The notes under the pieces are model-generated. The model had not been told where the DNA came from. It was given only the letters and a program-made list of their open reading frames with translations, and ran no database searches. Shown one piece after another: positions 1 through 13,799 of a stretch of 45,099 bases of DNA. Every line of letters begins with the position of its first letter. Within the stretch, counting starts at the first letter, position 1. The position numbers and the translations under genes are program-made. This DNA is from Octopus sinensis (lineage: Eukaryota): contig NW_021834839.1 of NCBI RefSeq assembly GCF_006345805.1, forward strand, positions 1 through 45,099, read 5' to 3'.

Positions 1-436
1 GGAGGAGTGGTCCTCCTGGGGCTAAAAACTACAGTAGCATCCACCCTTAGGGGTTAGCTCATATTGAAATGGCAAAAATACGTCTCGATGTGTTACCGCT
101 ACTGTATATAACTCACTTGATATTTATCATTGTTTGATTTCACTTTTTCAATATCAGCGACAGTGGACGCTGGAAAAAGTATAAGTATTTGTGAAGGAAT
201 CTAATTCTCGTTCTCGCGACAACTATGATTGTCACACGCTGACGAGAGGTCAATACCTCGAAACTCGAGTCCGGTGTATCATAAGTTGAAGACGGGAAGG
301 ATGACTTCCCTTTGCAAATACTGACAGGACACGAAAGTGTGTCTATGGCCAGCTGGAGGAGTGTGTCCTCTGGGCTAAAAACTACAGTAGCATCCACCCT
401 TAGGGGTTAGCCATATTGAAATGGCAAAAATACGTC
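1..436. repeat. Direct repeat of ~82-84 bp (1-84 and 355-436), period 354 bp
   Basis: GGAGGAGTG..TCCTC..GGGCTAAAAACTACAGTAGCATCCACCCTTAGGGGTTAGC.CATATTGAAATGGCAAAAATACGTC occurs twice with only a few indels; the left copy may be cut by the window edge. Confidence 0.9.
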
Positions 437-860
437 ACTATATATATATATATATATATATAATATTATATATATAAACGGCGGTGCATCAGCATGGCCG
501 CAGCTCTGAGCTGAAACTAGAGAAAAAATATATATATATATATATTTGCATTTATGCGCTATCTGAGTATATTCCACATATGAAGGCAGAGCATATCTTA
601 TGCAGAGTCAGAAATCCGGGATCTGGAATTATCCAGTAATTTTTTTGCTAGTGTATTTTGTCTCTTTGTCTTCTATCCTGGTGCTGTATGGACATTCAAT
701 GTGGTTTTAGAGTCACGTTTTGGCGGCTGTTATAATTTTAATAATACTTATTACATTTGAAAATTTTTATTCCCATGTTGGCCACCTGATAAGTTCGGTA
801 TTTAAATGACGATCTTATCTTTATTTATATAAATTTGTGTATATATACATATATATATAT

Positions 861-1050
861 TATTTCTATTACTTCTTTCAGTCATTTGACTGCGGCAGTG
901 CTGGATTTTAGTTGAAGAAATTGACCCCAGGACTTATTCATTGTAAGCCTAGTAATTATTCTATCGGCCCCTTTTACCGAATCGCTAAGCTACGGGCACA
1001 CAAACACACCAGCATCGTTATAAAGTGATGGAGGGACAAACACAAACACA
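861..1050 (-). mobile_element. SINE family A, 3' half
   Basis: Reverse complement matches the tails at 24745-24955 and 34950-35148 (GATAGAATAAGTACTAGG..AATAAGTCCTGGGGTCGATTT..CCGCAGTCAAATGACTGAAA). Confidence 0.8.
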
Positions 1051-1449
1051 CACACACAGAACACATACACACACACATAAATGAACACACACACACATAA
1101 ATGCACACACACACATAAATGCACACACACACACACACACACACACCGGTCCGAACTCTTGGCCATAACAGGAGATTACGACTGGGTTCAGCGATCGGTA
1201 TACACATGATCTAATTTTCAGCAATGGATTTCTCGAAGAATTTGACAATTCCAAACGTAAAACCTAACCATAGACTCGAAACAATCAGAGCCTCATCAAA
1301 GGTAGATAACCGTGTTCTCATTCACTGATGAGGTTCGAAATGATAAAATTGTTACAATCTCGGCTGATCACTCATTTTACGTCCCCATTGCTTAGTGCAT
1401 AAAAGAAAGATACTTTTACACTTCTCTCCCTCCCTCCTCTCTCTCCTCT

Positions 1450-2870
<1,421 letters not shown>

Positions 2871-3168
2871 ATTGCATTTTGCCATAGCCTCGGGTTATTC
2901 AAATCCTTGTGAATGAAAATTGTTAGAAGGAAACTATAGACTTAAATTATATACATACTCATTGTATATTATCTATAGAATTGCACTGTATACACACTTA
3001 TTATGTTTTAGCTATAGATTCCTATACACACTTATCATATGTGAACTATATACTTATATCATATACACGCTTATTGAATATTAACAAATAAGTTGAATGT
3101 GTATTATTGAGATATGAATTTATGCTCACACTCAAACATAAATATGGATACATATGCACGTACACACC

Positions 3169-3210
<42 letters not shown>

Positions 3211-3472
3211 CGTATATATGACGAATACTTCCAAATTTACACATTCCCTCACACATACACCCCATCTCATACACACGCTTACATCATTCCACTTTATGCC
3301 TGCAAAAACTCTGATATATGCCTCTGCATATCCACTAGGCATTGACCTCTGCATCATTCCCCAATTAATTTTTTAATTACTTTTTCCGTGTTTGTGACTT
3401 GTTAATTTTGAAAAAAATTCTTTTCCTCCTTTTTTTTTTGTGCCATTCTTTTTTCACACACTCACACTGTCA

Positions 3473-3533
<61 letters not shown>

Positions 3534-3859
3534 CCTCATTCTCACTTTCTCTCTCTAACACACAACCAATTTCTTCTTTTCGTTGTGAGGAAGGACTAAC
3601 GTCTGAAACATTACTATTATACTCATCTCAATTTCTCAAGCAATAAAATAGTAGAAAGCTCGTGCTAGTTTGTTCTTTGAAAGCGGCTCTCCAGTTGAGC
3701 CGTAGTTCAAGTAAAATATACCATTAGTTGGTAATATTGGTCCTAGTACTTATTTTAAGCTCTCATATTTATTTTATAGTTCTTCATTTGTCGGTATTAT
3801 GAGAAACTGGATTGTAAGTGTTACGAACATCAATAGTAACATGTACGCACACCAATATA

Positions 3860-4020
3860 CACAGGAAGAACTTACGTCCTGCTTCCTATACGAAATTTCA
3901 CTCACAATATTTGACTTTGCTCGGGGCTATTGTAGACGACATCCACTGACGGCATCACACAATGAGAACAAACTCGAAATTTCGTGGTTGCAAAGCAAAT
4001 TTCACATAGATACGACCGTC
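3860..4020 (-). mobile_element. Degenerate SINE family A, 5' head
   Basis: Reverse complement (..GTCTACAATAGCCCCGAGC..TTGTGAGTGAAATTT..) resembles the heads at 21130-21295 and 32277-32440. Confidence 0.5.
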
Positions 4021-4297
4021 CATGTATATAAATATATTAAATATATGTATGTCATTATTCATTTGTATTTCAAGATTTCTTGCCAATAGAAAAAGAGCCG
4101 GTTTCTAACCTAGATCCCAGTCCCCTTCATTGGGATTTTAACAACATCAACAGGATATTTTTGTATGTATGTATGTATGTATGTATGTATGTATGTATGT
4201 ATGTATTGTGTATGTATGTATGTATGTATGTATGTATGTATGTATGTATTGTGTATGTATGTATGTATGTATGTGTGTGTATGCATGTATGTATGAA

Positions 4298-4454
4298 GGC
4301 ACGTGGCTTAGTGGTTAGGGCATTCGACTCACGATTGTAAGGTCGTGAGTTCAATTCCCGGCGAAGCGTTGTGTCCTTGAGCAACACACTTTATTTCACG
4401 TTGCTCCAGTCCACTCAGCTGGGATCCTCGTCGTCGTAACCGACTGAGCGCTCC
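4298..4454 (+). mobile_element. tRNA-derived SINE (family E head with a family C-type tail)
   Basis: Pol III A box TGGCTTAGTGG at 4304-4314 and B box GTTCAATTCC at 4349-4358; body shared with 16251-16385; last ~25 nt match 30615-30639. Confidence 0.85.
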
Positions 4455-4532
4455 TATGTATGTATGTATGTATGTATGTATGTATGTATGTATGTATGTA
4501 TGTATCTAAAGATATATATATATATATTATAT

Positions 4533-4614
<82 letters not shown>

Positions 4615-6735
4615 ATATATATATATATCTCTATCTTTGTGTGTATATTTCACATTCTTTGTCTTTAAGACACGAAATCTTTGTTAATTCATCTTTCGAA
4701 ATTTGTTTCCATACCTCTCATGTCTAAATTGTTTTAGCAATGTATATGTGTCCATGTTAACTAAGGGTCGAGGGAACTTTTTCGCTTTCTGAAGAAAGTA
4801 TTTGTACGACGCATTTATAAATTTTCCTCCCAATGCCACATGCACTTAAGACGCCTCTTAATTTGTTAAATAAATGCAATTTTTCTAAACGGAGGCTACC
4901 ACTTGTCACTAAGAATCCAGGTTTCTTATCACTACTTTCAAATTACGATATTATTTGTACACGTACTCGTCATGAAGCACATCTGAAACTAACAGAACTT
5001 CACCACACAAATAGATTTGCCTCTTCAAAATTCATATCACCTCCCACAATCTATATTGGAATTCCTTAGCTCAATAGAGTGGATATAAGCGATCCTGCAA
5101 TCTCTGCACCGCTTAAACTTTCAAATACCGCAATCACAATTCAGAAAGAACTTTCTTCTTTGAACATCATAGCAGCCTATTTGCCTGCTGTTTAAACGTA
5201 TAATCTACTCGAAGAGGTTGACTATACTTGTATCGGAAACATGACTGCATACACTACAGAATCATGTACTTTGGAATTTATGCCTAAATTCCTTTTCCTG
5301 ATGTAAAAATATGCTATTTGATGAACAGTCCATTTCACTGTTTCTTATTTTGGCTTCACTTGCTCACATAAAAGTAATGAAAAAACTCCTAAGGAACATA
5401 TAGATTTAGATCTTACTTATGCAGCCGAGCATCAAAGCTAAACGAAACCAACCAGGATAAAAGAAACCATTCGCTTTTGTATTCTTGCACATCATTACGT
5501 TTATTTGTATATTTATTCGCTAACGCAAATAATTTAACCGAAACAAAAACTCAGAGTTATATATGGAATTTTTATTCGCGGACACAGAGGCAAAAGAACG
5601 TTATTTCGGAGGAGTTCTAATCGATAATGAGTCCAAAATATAAATGACAGCGTGAGTGAATAAGCAAATAACTGTAAGTCACAGCAACGTATATGTACCA
5701 CTAGTTATAACTAATGAATATTAGTCTGTCTGATGTTCCACTACGTAGTCCTGTGTCAATAAGTATTGCGTATGGAAGATACTTTCTTATATAATCATTA
5801 ATTATTCACCCATGTATTTATTAAAGAACTGGTTATGCCCAAGGCCTAAAGCAACTGGTTGTGCTCAAGGCCAAAAACAAGATAATATTCTTACATGTAT
5901 TCATCTAGGAACTCTGCTAAAACTTATTCAAGTTCGTTGTTAAATTATATTTAGCATCTAAAAAACCAAAACACCAGTTACCATTTGAAATATAGTATCT
6001 GCTAAACTCATATAATATACAGTTCTATATTGAAGAGATGAGGAATTATGTATGTTTTTGCATTATTTACATTTAACGTATATTTGTCCTCAATAAACAA
6101 GATGAGGACATCTTCGTCAAGTATAAATATCGTCAAATGGAAATAATGTAAATAATGTAAAAATGTTCAAATCCTATAAACGGGGGAACAATTTTGAACA
6201 ATTTCTGTTGAGATCTTACCTTTTCACTTGATTTTGAGTAAAAATTGGGATGATGATTTCAAAACTACAATCATTTTCCCTCTATCATGTCAAGTTTTTT
6301 TTCTACACCTTAGTCTCCGTATAAACACAATCGTACAGTTTGGCCGAAAGTAATAGGGCTGGTCAGATGCATTTATTATTTTAATAAGCTTGGGGAATGT
6401 TTTTGAAACAATGTTTAGTACTCAAGCTTTTTACAGTTAGTCCTACATAATTTGGTGGCCCTGGGTTTAGAAATACCCTAAGGAATTTTCTATCACGTCA
6501 AGATTTTTGTTAAAAAAGATTTCATTATTTACCAAAAAATGTCAATTCTTTGCATTAAATGCCCTGTACTTTATTTCTTAACAAATATATTAAATAAAAT
6601 GTTTAATTGCACATTTTGAAAAGATAACTTCGTCAAATTGGTGTTTCAGCTACTCAAGGAGTGAACTTTCTCTTTTGCTGCCTTGATTGAATAACTTGCA
6701 TCAGAACATTCTTTTTTTCCAGAGATCAACAGTAG

Positions 6736-6921
6736 TCAGCAAGCATGCTTGTGTTCCTCCTGCCTTGATACCATAAGATCGATGACTTGGTGGACTCTTT
6801 CTCCTTGCTCATCACTTAATACATTATGACTTTCAGATAAGTACAGATAACTGTACTGGAAATGCACTTTTACACTCATGCTGTATGTTAGAGCTAGAAA
6901 ACTGGTTAACAGGGTCTGCAC
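6736..6921 (-). pseudogene. Chapaev-like transposase C-terminal fragment
   Basis: MSVKVHF...SDEQGERVHQ motif in ORF 6736-6921. Confidence 0.65.
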
Positions 6922-7109
6922 AAGGTTTTCATGATTTGATGGCTTCTCGTTTCACTGGAAATCAGACACAACTGTATCAAAAGCATTCCGTGCTTCTTTT
7001 AGAACGCGAGAATCTGTTCGTCCTGAAATAGCCACCAAATCTATGGTTCATCAAACACACTGACCTAAACTTTCTCACAAGAAAGTTGGAAACTTTCTGC
7101 TTTAGTATT

Positions 7110-7267
7110 TGAAAGAGCCATTGTGTCAGTGTTTCAACACAAGCTTTACACACTATATAGAATGCCCAGGCATTGCTTTCATCACCCAGTTTCACACCAA
7201 AGTAAATAAGGTAAGCTTTCTTCACGAAAATCTCTAATTTTGTTTTGCTGTCCAGTGTAACATACAC
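7110..7267 (-). pseudogene. Chapaev-like transposase N-terminal fragment
   Basis: KKAYLIYFGVKLGD..W...VCKAC motif in ORF 6977-7267. Confidence 0.65.
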
Positions 7268-8121
7268 AAATACAGCAGAAGAAATTGGGGCAGTTTTTTA
7301 ATCTTCTTCCCTCACAATTGGCCATATTTTAGAAATACAAAATATGTATTCAATTAGTTGTAACCTAGAAAAAGTATTTTCAGAATTGTCAACAGTTATA
7401 AAGTAAGAAAATGTAGCTTTGTGATGGCAAAGTTCCATAAAGAGAATACATACCATGAAGTTCTTACAACAGCTCTTTGAACATCCTAGATAAAAAGTGA
7501 CCTTAAACCATGTGACCTCACAATTAAAACATTAAAGGCGCATTCAAAATACTAATTTTCATAAGAAATAGTTTAAAGTTTCAACAAAATATGTCTCACA
7601 TAGTTTGCAATGATATAATCACACTAAATCAAGCGGCACTCTTTCTTCGTGATCTGTTTTCCTATTTCTTCTTACTCTTCCTTGCGTTAACACGCCCACT
7701 CATCGAACTGTCTACGTGCTTCCTCTACTTACTTCTTCCACTAGCTGTATCTTTAAATCACTCTGCATTATGATTTGAATTGTTGGATACTTATCTCTCC
7801 ACCCTGAAGATGGAGGCTGGGTCTACCTAATGTTCGTATATTTTCACTAGTGGTTGTTTTGCGAATGACATCTGCCACCATTATGAAGTAATTTCGAGTC
7901 CCAGAAACGGCTGTCGGACCTGTATCACCATACCTTCTCCCCTTTAATTTTCTATATTTTTTGTAAGTTTGCTCTGTTAATATATAAATATCTATGTATT
8001 TATACATGGATATTTTTAGCCTAATTTTCTACTCTATTTACAAGTATATATGTAGGCGTATTTTGTTTAGCAAGCCAAAGTGGTCTTATTTGTTTATTTG
8101 TACCATTCTCTCTCTATTCCT

Positions 8122-8161
<40 letters not shown>

Positions 8162-8240
8162 AATAGATATATAAATACATACATACATATATATATATAA
8201 TATAACAATAATAATTAATAAATAAATATATATATATATA

Positions 8241-8662
8241 TAAAATCAGGGCACTAAAGAGCACCAGATTAGCTAAAAATAGGGATCATAAACACTCCGA
8301 AGCCACAAGAATTAACACTAAATTTTTACAAGCATGGTTGAAAAAATAAACTAAGTGAATAAGGATTGTGTCTTACTCTGTAAAATTGCAAGCAGGAATG
8401 CCAGTTAACTTGGTATCGTAATTTCGAATTCAGGTAGATCTAGTAACAATACTGGTAATTCACTTCAACAAACGCTAAATTCGAAATCATGATACCAGGT
8501 TAACTGGTATTCCTTCTTGCAATTTTGAGGAGGTAAGACAATCCTTACTCGCTTAGTTTTTTTCAACCATGCTTGTAAAAATTTAGTGTAATTCTTATGG
8601 CTTTGGAATATTTATCACTTCTATTTTTAGCTGAGCTGGTGCTTCTTAGTGCCCTGATTTTA
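8241..8662. mobile_element. Foldback/MITE-like element with ~190-bp inverted arms
   Basis: 8241-8430 (TAAAATCAGGGCACTAA..ATTTCGAATT) is the imperfect reverse complement of 8478-8662 (AATTCGAAAT..TTAGTGCCCTGATTTTA); ~47-bp spacer; (TA)n on both sides. Confidence 0.85.
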
Positions 8663-8765
8663 TATATATTTAAATATATATCTATTAATTTTGCCTATAC
8701 GTTTTTATGCTTGCGGCCACAAATGCTATTATTCCTTATGGGTAACAACGTTCTTATATATATAT

Positions 8766-8811
<46 letters not shown>

Positions 8812-8831
8812 ATATATATAATATATATCCA

Positions 8832-9109
<278 letters not shown>

Positions 9110-9388
9110 TATATATATATATACTTTCAATGTTATTTTCAATTACAGTCACCGAGACACACAAGTGTGTGTGAAAGAGAGAGAGGGGGGTGGAGACAAC
9201 GCTGTGCTCTGAATTACCAGTAAAGTCTATCAGATGCGCTTCAGTACAGGTTCTGTCAATACATTTTCACTTACATTTGGTGGATCGACACGAGGAAAAC
9301 AGAAAACATCATGAGAAATGACAAATACTATGCCCAATACAAACCTCAATACAAACAGTGATATGGTCATTTATACGTATGCCTACAT

Positions 9389-9640
9389 CTCATCTCCTTT
9401 TCTTCAACCACTTCTCCCTGGGAGGGTGGTAGTGGATGGGTCCTCAAGCACACCTTCCATCGAGCCCTGTCAGAAGCAACTGACTCCAGTTGATGCAGCT
9501 GGATCACAAGGCGAGACCAACCGATCTTATGGATGTTATCCAACCACTTCGTTCGTGGTCTACTCCTCGGTCTCCTACCAGTTGATTTTATCCGTAAAAC
9601 TTGTCCAGCGATTCTTTCCTGGGGCATTGGGTTATCGAGA
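9389..9640 (-). mobile_element. RTE-clade LINE 3' end
   Basis: MPQERIAGQVL..TGRRPRSRPRTKWLD..ASDRARWK is a typical RTE ORF C-terminus; GAGATGAGATG-like tail. Confidence 0.8.
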
Positions 9641-10421
9641 ATGGTGGGTGTAGGATCTGTCGGCTGGAATTTTTATACATGGTGCTACTCGACTCTCTGG
9701 AACGTCATCTCCGAAATGCACTTTATATATATATATAGGTCTGCTGCCGAGTGCTGCTCGACAGAAATGAAAATTGGTGTTACACGACCGAGACATTTGT
9801 GCTCTTAAGGAAGCCTGCGCAATGCACTCGCCAGGGGAGTTGATTTCCACTGAAGCAGATGGAACTTCAAGTAGGGGCCGCCGTTTTACCGATAGCATGA
9901 GGATGAGTTAAGTGCAGAAGAATTGCAGCAGCGGTTCACTGATGCACCGGTTTCAGCATTCGATCATCAAAACAAGGGAGGTAACCAAATTCACTATCTT
10001 CAATTTAGCTTTTGTGCCTACCCTTACCTATGATAAAAAATCTTGGGTAATAACCGAAAGAATACGATCACGAAGTGATGGACGACAGGTGGCTGAATTA
10101 AGTTTAAAAATTGCTGGAGCTGAGGCAGAAATGCCCCAGTTTCAGCATTCGGTTCACAAGGAGATATATAGGTGTAAAAGCCAAACTTGCTATTATCAGT
10201 TCGGTGTTTGTGCGTACCCTTACCCATGGCTGTGAATCTTCAGTAATGACCAAAAGAATATGATTACGAATTTAAGCGGCAGAAATGGGGTTCCTCTGAA
10301 GGGTCTTTGGAGTGACTTTATTCAATAGAGTGTGTAGCTTGAAGATCAGAGGCGCTCCAAGTAGAGCCACCACTTCTCCTGATTGAGAGAATAGGGCGGT
10401 GATACAACGGAATGTGGCATG
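9641..10421 (+). pseudogene. RTE-clade reverse transcriptase fragment (decayed, internally duplicated)
   Basis: Frameshifted peptides ..MVLLDSLERHLRNAL..AAEC..FVPTLTYDKKSWVITERIRSR and LTHGCES.VMTKRI..AAEMGFL.RVFG..IER..R*Y..HV match the RTE RT consensus (YVPTLTYG..WVMTER.RSRIQAAEM.FLRR). Confidence 0.8.
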
Positions 10422-12933
10422 TATACATACATGCATACATACATACATGCATACATACAAACATACATACAAACATACATACGTACATATACATATATGT
10501 GTATATACACACATATCTATACGTATAGATACACTCACACACACACACATATATATATATATATACACACACGCACATACATACATATATTTAAATATAT
10601 ATATATATGTATATACATATATAGATAGATAAGATAGATATACACGCATTTGTGTGTGTGTTTATGTGTGTAAGTGTGTGAATGTGTTATGTATATGCAC
10701 TTTTGTTAATATGCAATTTCTAAAATGGCTGAAATTGTTGGTATTAGACGGTTGTGGTGAGAGGCAATGGTGAGTACATGCTGGATACTTTCTCCCTTCT
10801 GTACAAAACAATGCCAGCACAAATCCCCAGCGCAGTTATGCTTACATGTATGTGTGTTTCTGTGGAATAATTAGATTCTGAAAACTTCATCTAATGTTTT
10901 TGTACAGCTTGTCTTATTTTGAAACGAAAGCAGTCGTCATTTTGATCGAAAGTAAAATTCGTTCCTGCTGTCGTTCATGTTGTTGTTGTTGCTGCTGCAG
11001 CTGTTATTGTTGTTATTGTTGCTGTTGTTGTTGTTGTTGTTGTTGCTGTTGTTGTTTGACTAAAATCTTGAAGACTAGAAAACGTTTTTATCTTAATGAT
11101 ACGAATGAGTGGAGTCATCTCAATGGATGCATTTACTCTGCGTAATATGTCGATTTATTTCTATAACTCTATCACACATACACGCTCAAATAAACCTAAT
11201 ATGGACAGTTACTAAGGCACTGGGGTATTTTAATGACAAGTGAGTGTTTAGCTCCTATTTCACAGTGCTAATCTATGGATTTTAAGAGTTCCGGAATATA
11301 TTTTATTGGACTCACAGTTTTGTATAAACTTATTGAACACACAGACTTCTAGCGTTGTTCTTTATTCTAAGTGACCTGACTACATTATTTTGAACTTTCC
11401 ACACGTGTGTATGTATATGTGTGTATGTATGTATGTATGTATGTATGTATGTATGTATGTATGCATGTATGTGTGTGCATACATATGTATAAACAAGTAC
11501 ATATATACATAGGCATACATATGTGTATGTATATATATATATAATATATATATTATATATATATATATATACTTATATATATATAAGACAAAGCATAAAT
11601 AATGGTCATCTGATACTTCTTTATTGTAATAAATTTGACTTATAGTTTTTTCCAGTAATCTTTATAGGTTCGGTATTGATTGGTTTACTCATTCGGACCA
11701 TTGATCTGTTGAGAAAAATTGAACGACGACCAAGAGAATCGATGCTACGCTCGTCGTCAGAGTCATTTTGTTCTGGTTATTTTGTTTACAGTTATTTCAC
11801 GAGGAGTAGGAGTTCAATACTTACTTAGATATTTACTGTGATGTTTATAGTTTCAGTTACACTTTACTGTGTTTCGTTACTCTGTGTTTAGATCTCCCTG
11901 TCCATAACAAACCAAATCTTGACCAGCGGAAAGCTAAACGCGTGACTTTGCCGAGTCGATTACGTCTGGAGTTGGTTTGATCAGCGTAAATGGCATTTTA
12001 CTTTTAACTTGTGTCATCTGCTAATCGCAATTTAAAACCGAGAGGCTCAAGTAGAATCGTCAGTAAAGTGACTAAGAGTGCAAGTCAGCCATCTTAATAA
12101 TGTATAATTTTCGCTCTACTATTTTACTGAATCAGCCACTTATCCCTACGGTATTTTCTATTAACTGAGAAGTCGATTTAACTTACTCATCGACAATGGA
12201 GTAGCGTCATCGACGAGGATTAATTCTATCCGAAATCATCGATGATCTGACGCTCTCGCTTGCTGTATGGAGGTTGTCTCCCTTGTCAATCAAACGATAA
12301 ATGCTTTGCCCTTGGCTAAGAGTAGTTCTGACTCTTATTTCTAGCAATGTTAGTACTGACTTGCATCATTCGTCACATCAGTGACTATTCAACTCGTGCC
12401 TTTCAGTTTTAAATTGTGACTAGCCACCTTAATAATATATATTCTAGACGCTATTATTTATAGCCTTATACACTTCGGGTTCGACTGTTAAGTATATATG
12501 CTGTACATCTCTGAAAGTTTTAAAATCCTTACAAGTTCAGTATCTTTCAGTTTTCGCTGAACAAAGTTTCTAAAACGGCTGGAGAAAATTCAGAGCATTA
12601 CTATGGTATAATGGATAGAACGTCTGTCATGTTTATAGAATTTATGAGTTCGTTTCTCAACGGCTCCTTTTGACTTCTTTTTCCATAGGCGTTTTTAAAT
12701 ACAGCATTGCACATGGTATTATTTATAGATTTATTCGAGTTTCACATTGAATATTAGTTCACTATATATATATGTATATATATACACACACATGTTTAAT
12801 GTTGAGTGTCGGAAGAAAAGAGTATTCCATACCAAATTAGAGATAATAATATATTTTAGTTTGCCTCAGTCATAAACTCACCTGAAGAGACTCGAGTCAT
12901 TAACTCGCCTGAGTGACATATGAGCCATGCGCC

Positions 12934-12980
<47 letters not shown>

Positions 12981-13119
12981 ACACACACATACATACATGC
13001 ATACTTACACATTATATACACAAATACACACAATCACACATATATTCCCTTTTAATTTCTAATGTGTGTTCGTATATATGTTATAGTAATATAAATTATG
13101 CGTAATGTCTTTGTTCTTG

Positions 13120-13790
13120 CTACTGCTGCTGCTGCTGTTGTTGTTGTTGTTGTTGTTATTGATGGTTGTTGTTGCTATTACTGCTGCAGGTGTTGCTGCA
13201 GATATACTTACCGCTGCTACTCCTCCAGTCCGTGAGAAGATAGCTCGAACTTCACTTTAATCCTTCAGTATTATGATAATCTTGATTAATCCCCACTACA
13301 AACAGTTCAGTCGAACATGCCGGTCTTGTACCATTCACATCGCAATTGTTGATATTGTTGTTGTTATTGGTGGTGGTGTTGATGGTGGTGGTGGTGGTGG
13401 TGGTGGTGGTGGTTGGCGCATTGATAATATGAGTGTTAATAATGCTGCTTTTTATGTTGGTGATCGCTAGTGGTGATGAGTATACTGATGATACTGGGTT
13501 GTAGTACTGATGGTGGTAGTAATGGTGATGATGATAGACTGATTCTGATGGTGTGCTGGTGGTGGTGGTGGTGGTGATTTCTGGTATTGGTGGTATGGGT
13601 GATGGTGTGTGCGGTACTGTTTGCCGTATTGGTGAATGTTTGCATTTGGGATGCTGTTAGTACCTTGGTGTTAGCGGTGATTATGTTGATAATGTTGATG
13701 GTGTTGGTGGTTATAATGGTTGCAATAGGGATTGTGGTGTTTGTGGTGGTGTTGGGAAGTTTGTGGGTAATATTGTAATGGTAGCGACAG
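13120..13790. repeat. Degenerate GTT/GCT/GGT/GAT trinucleotide field
   Basis: Direct inspection. Confidence 0.9.
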
Positions 13791-13799
13791 CTTTAATAT

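Larger units (their letters stand above)
6182..7520 (-). mobile_element. Decayed Chapaev(3)-like (CMC superfamily) DNA transposon remnant
   Basis: Minus-strand peptides FVKKAYLIYFGVKLGDESNAWAFYIVCKACVETL (N-terminal zinc-finger-like region) and MSVKVHF..SDEQGERVHQ (catalytic C-terminus) match my recollection of Chapaev3 transposases; the middle of the ORF is missing; ends are uncertain. Confidence 0.65.

Noticed and set aside
4298-4370. tRNA genes here and at 16251, 18306, 21626 and 30258
   Set aside because: A/B boxes are present but continue into shared SINE bodies and tails, with no complete cloverleaf evident
10700-10780. Possible exon ending at a GTGAGT donor
   Set aside because: No open frame or acceptor support; such hexamers occur by chance
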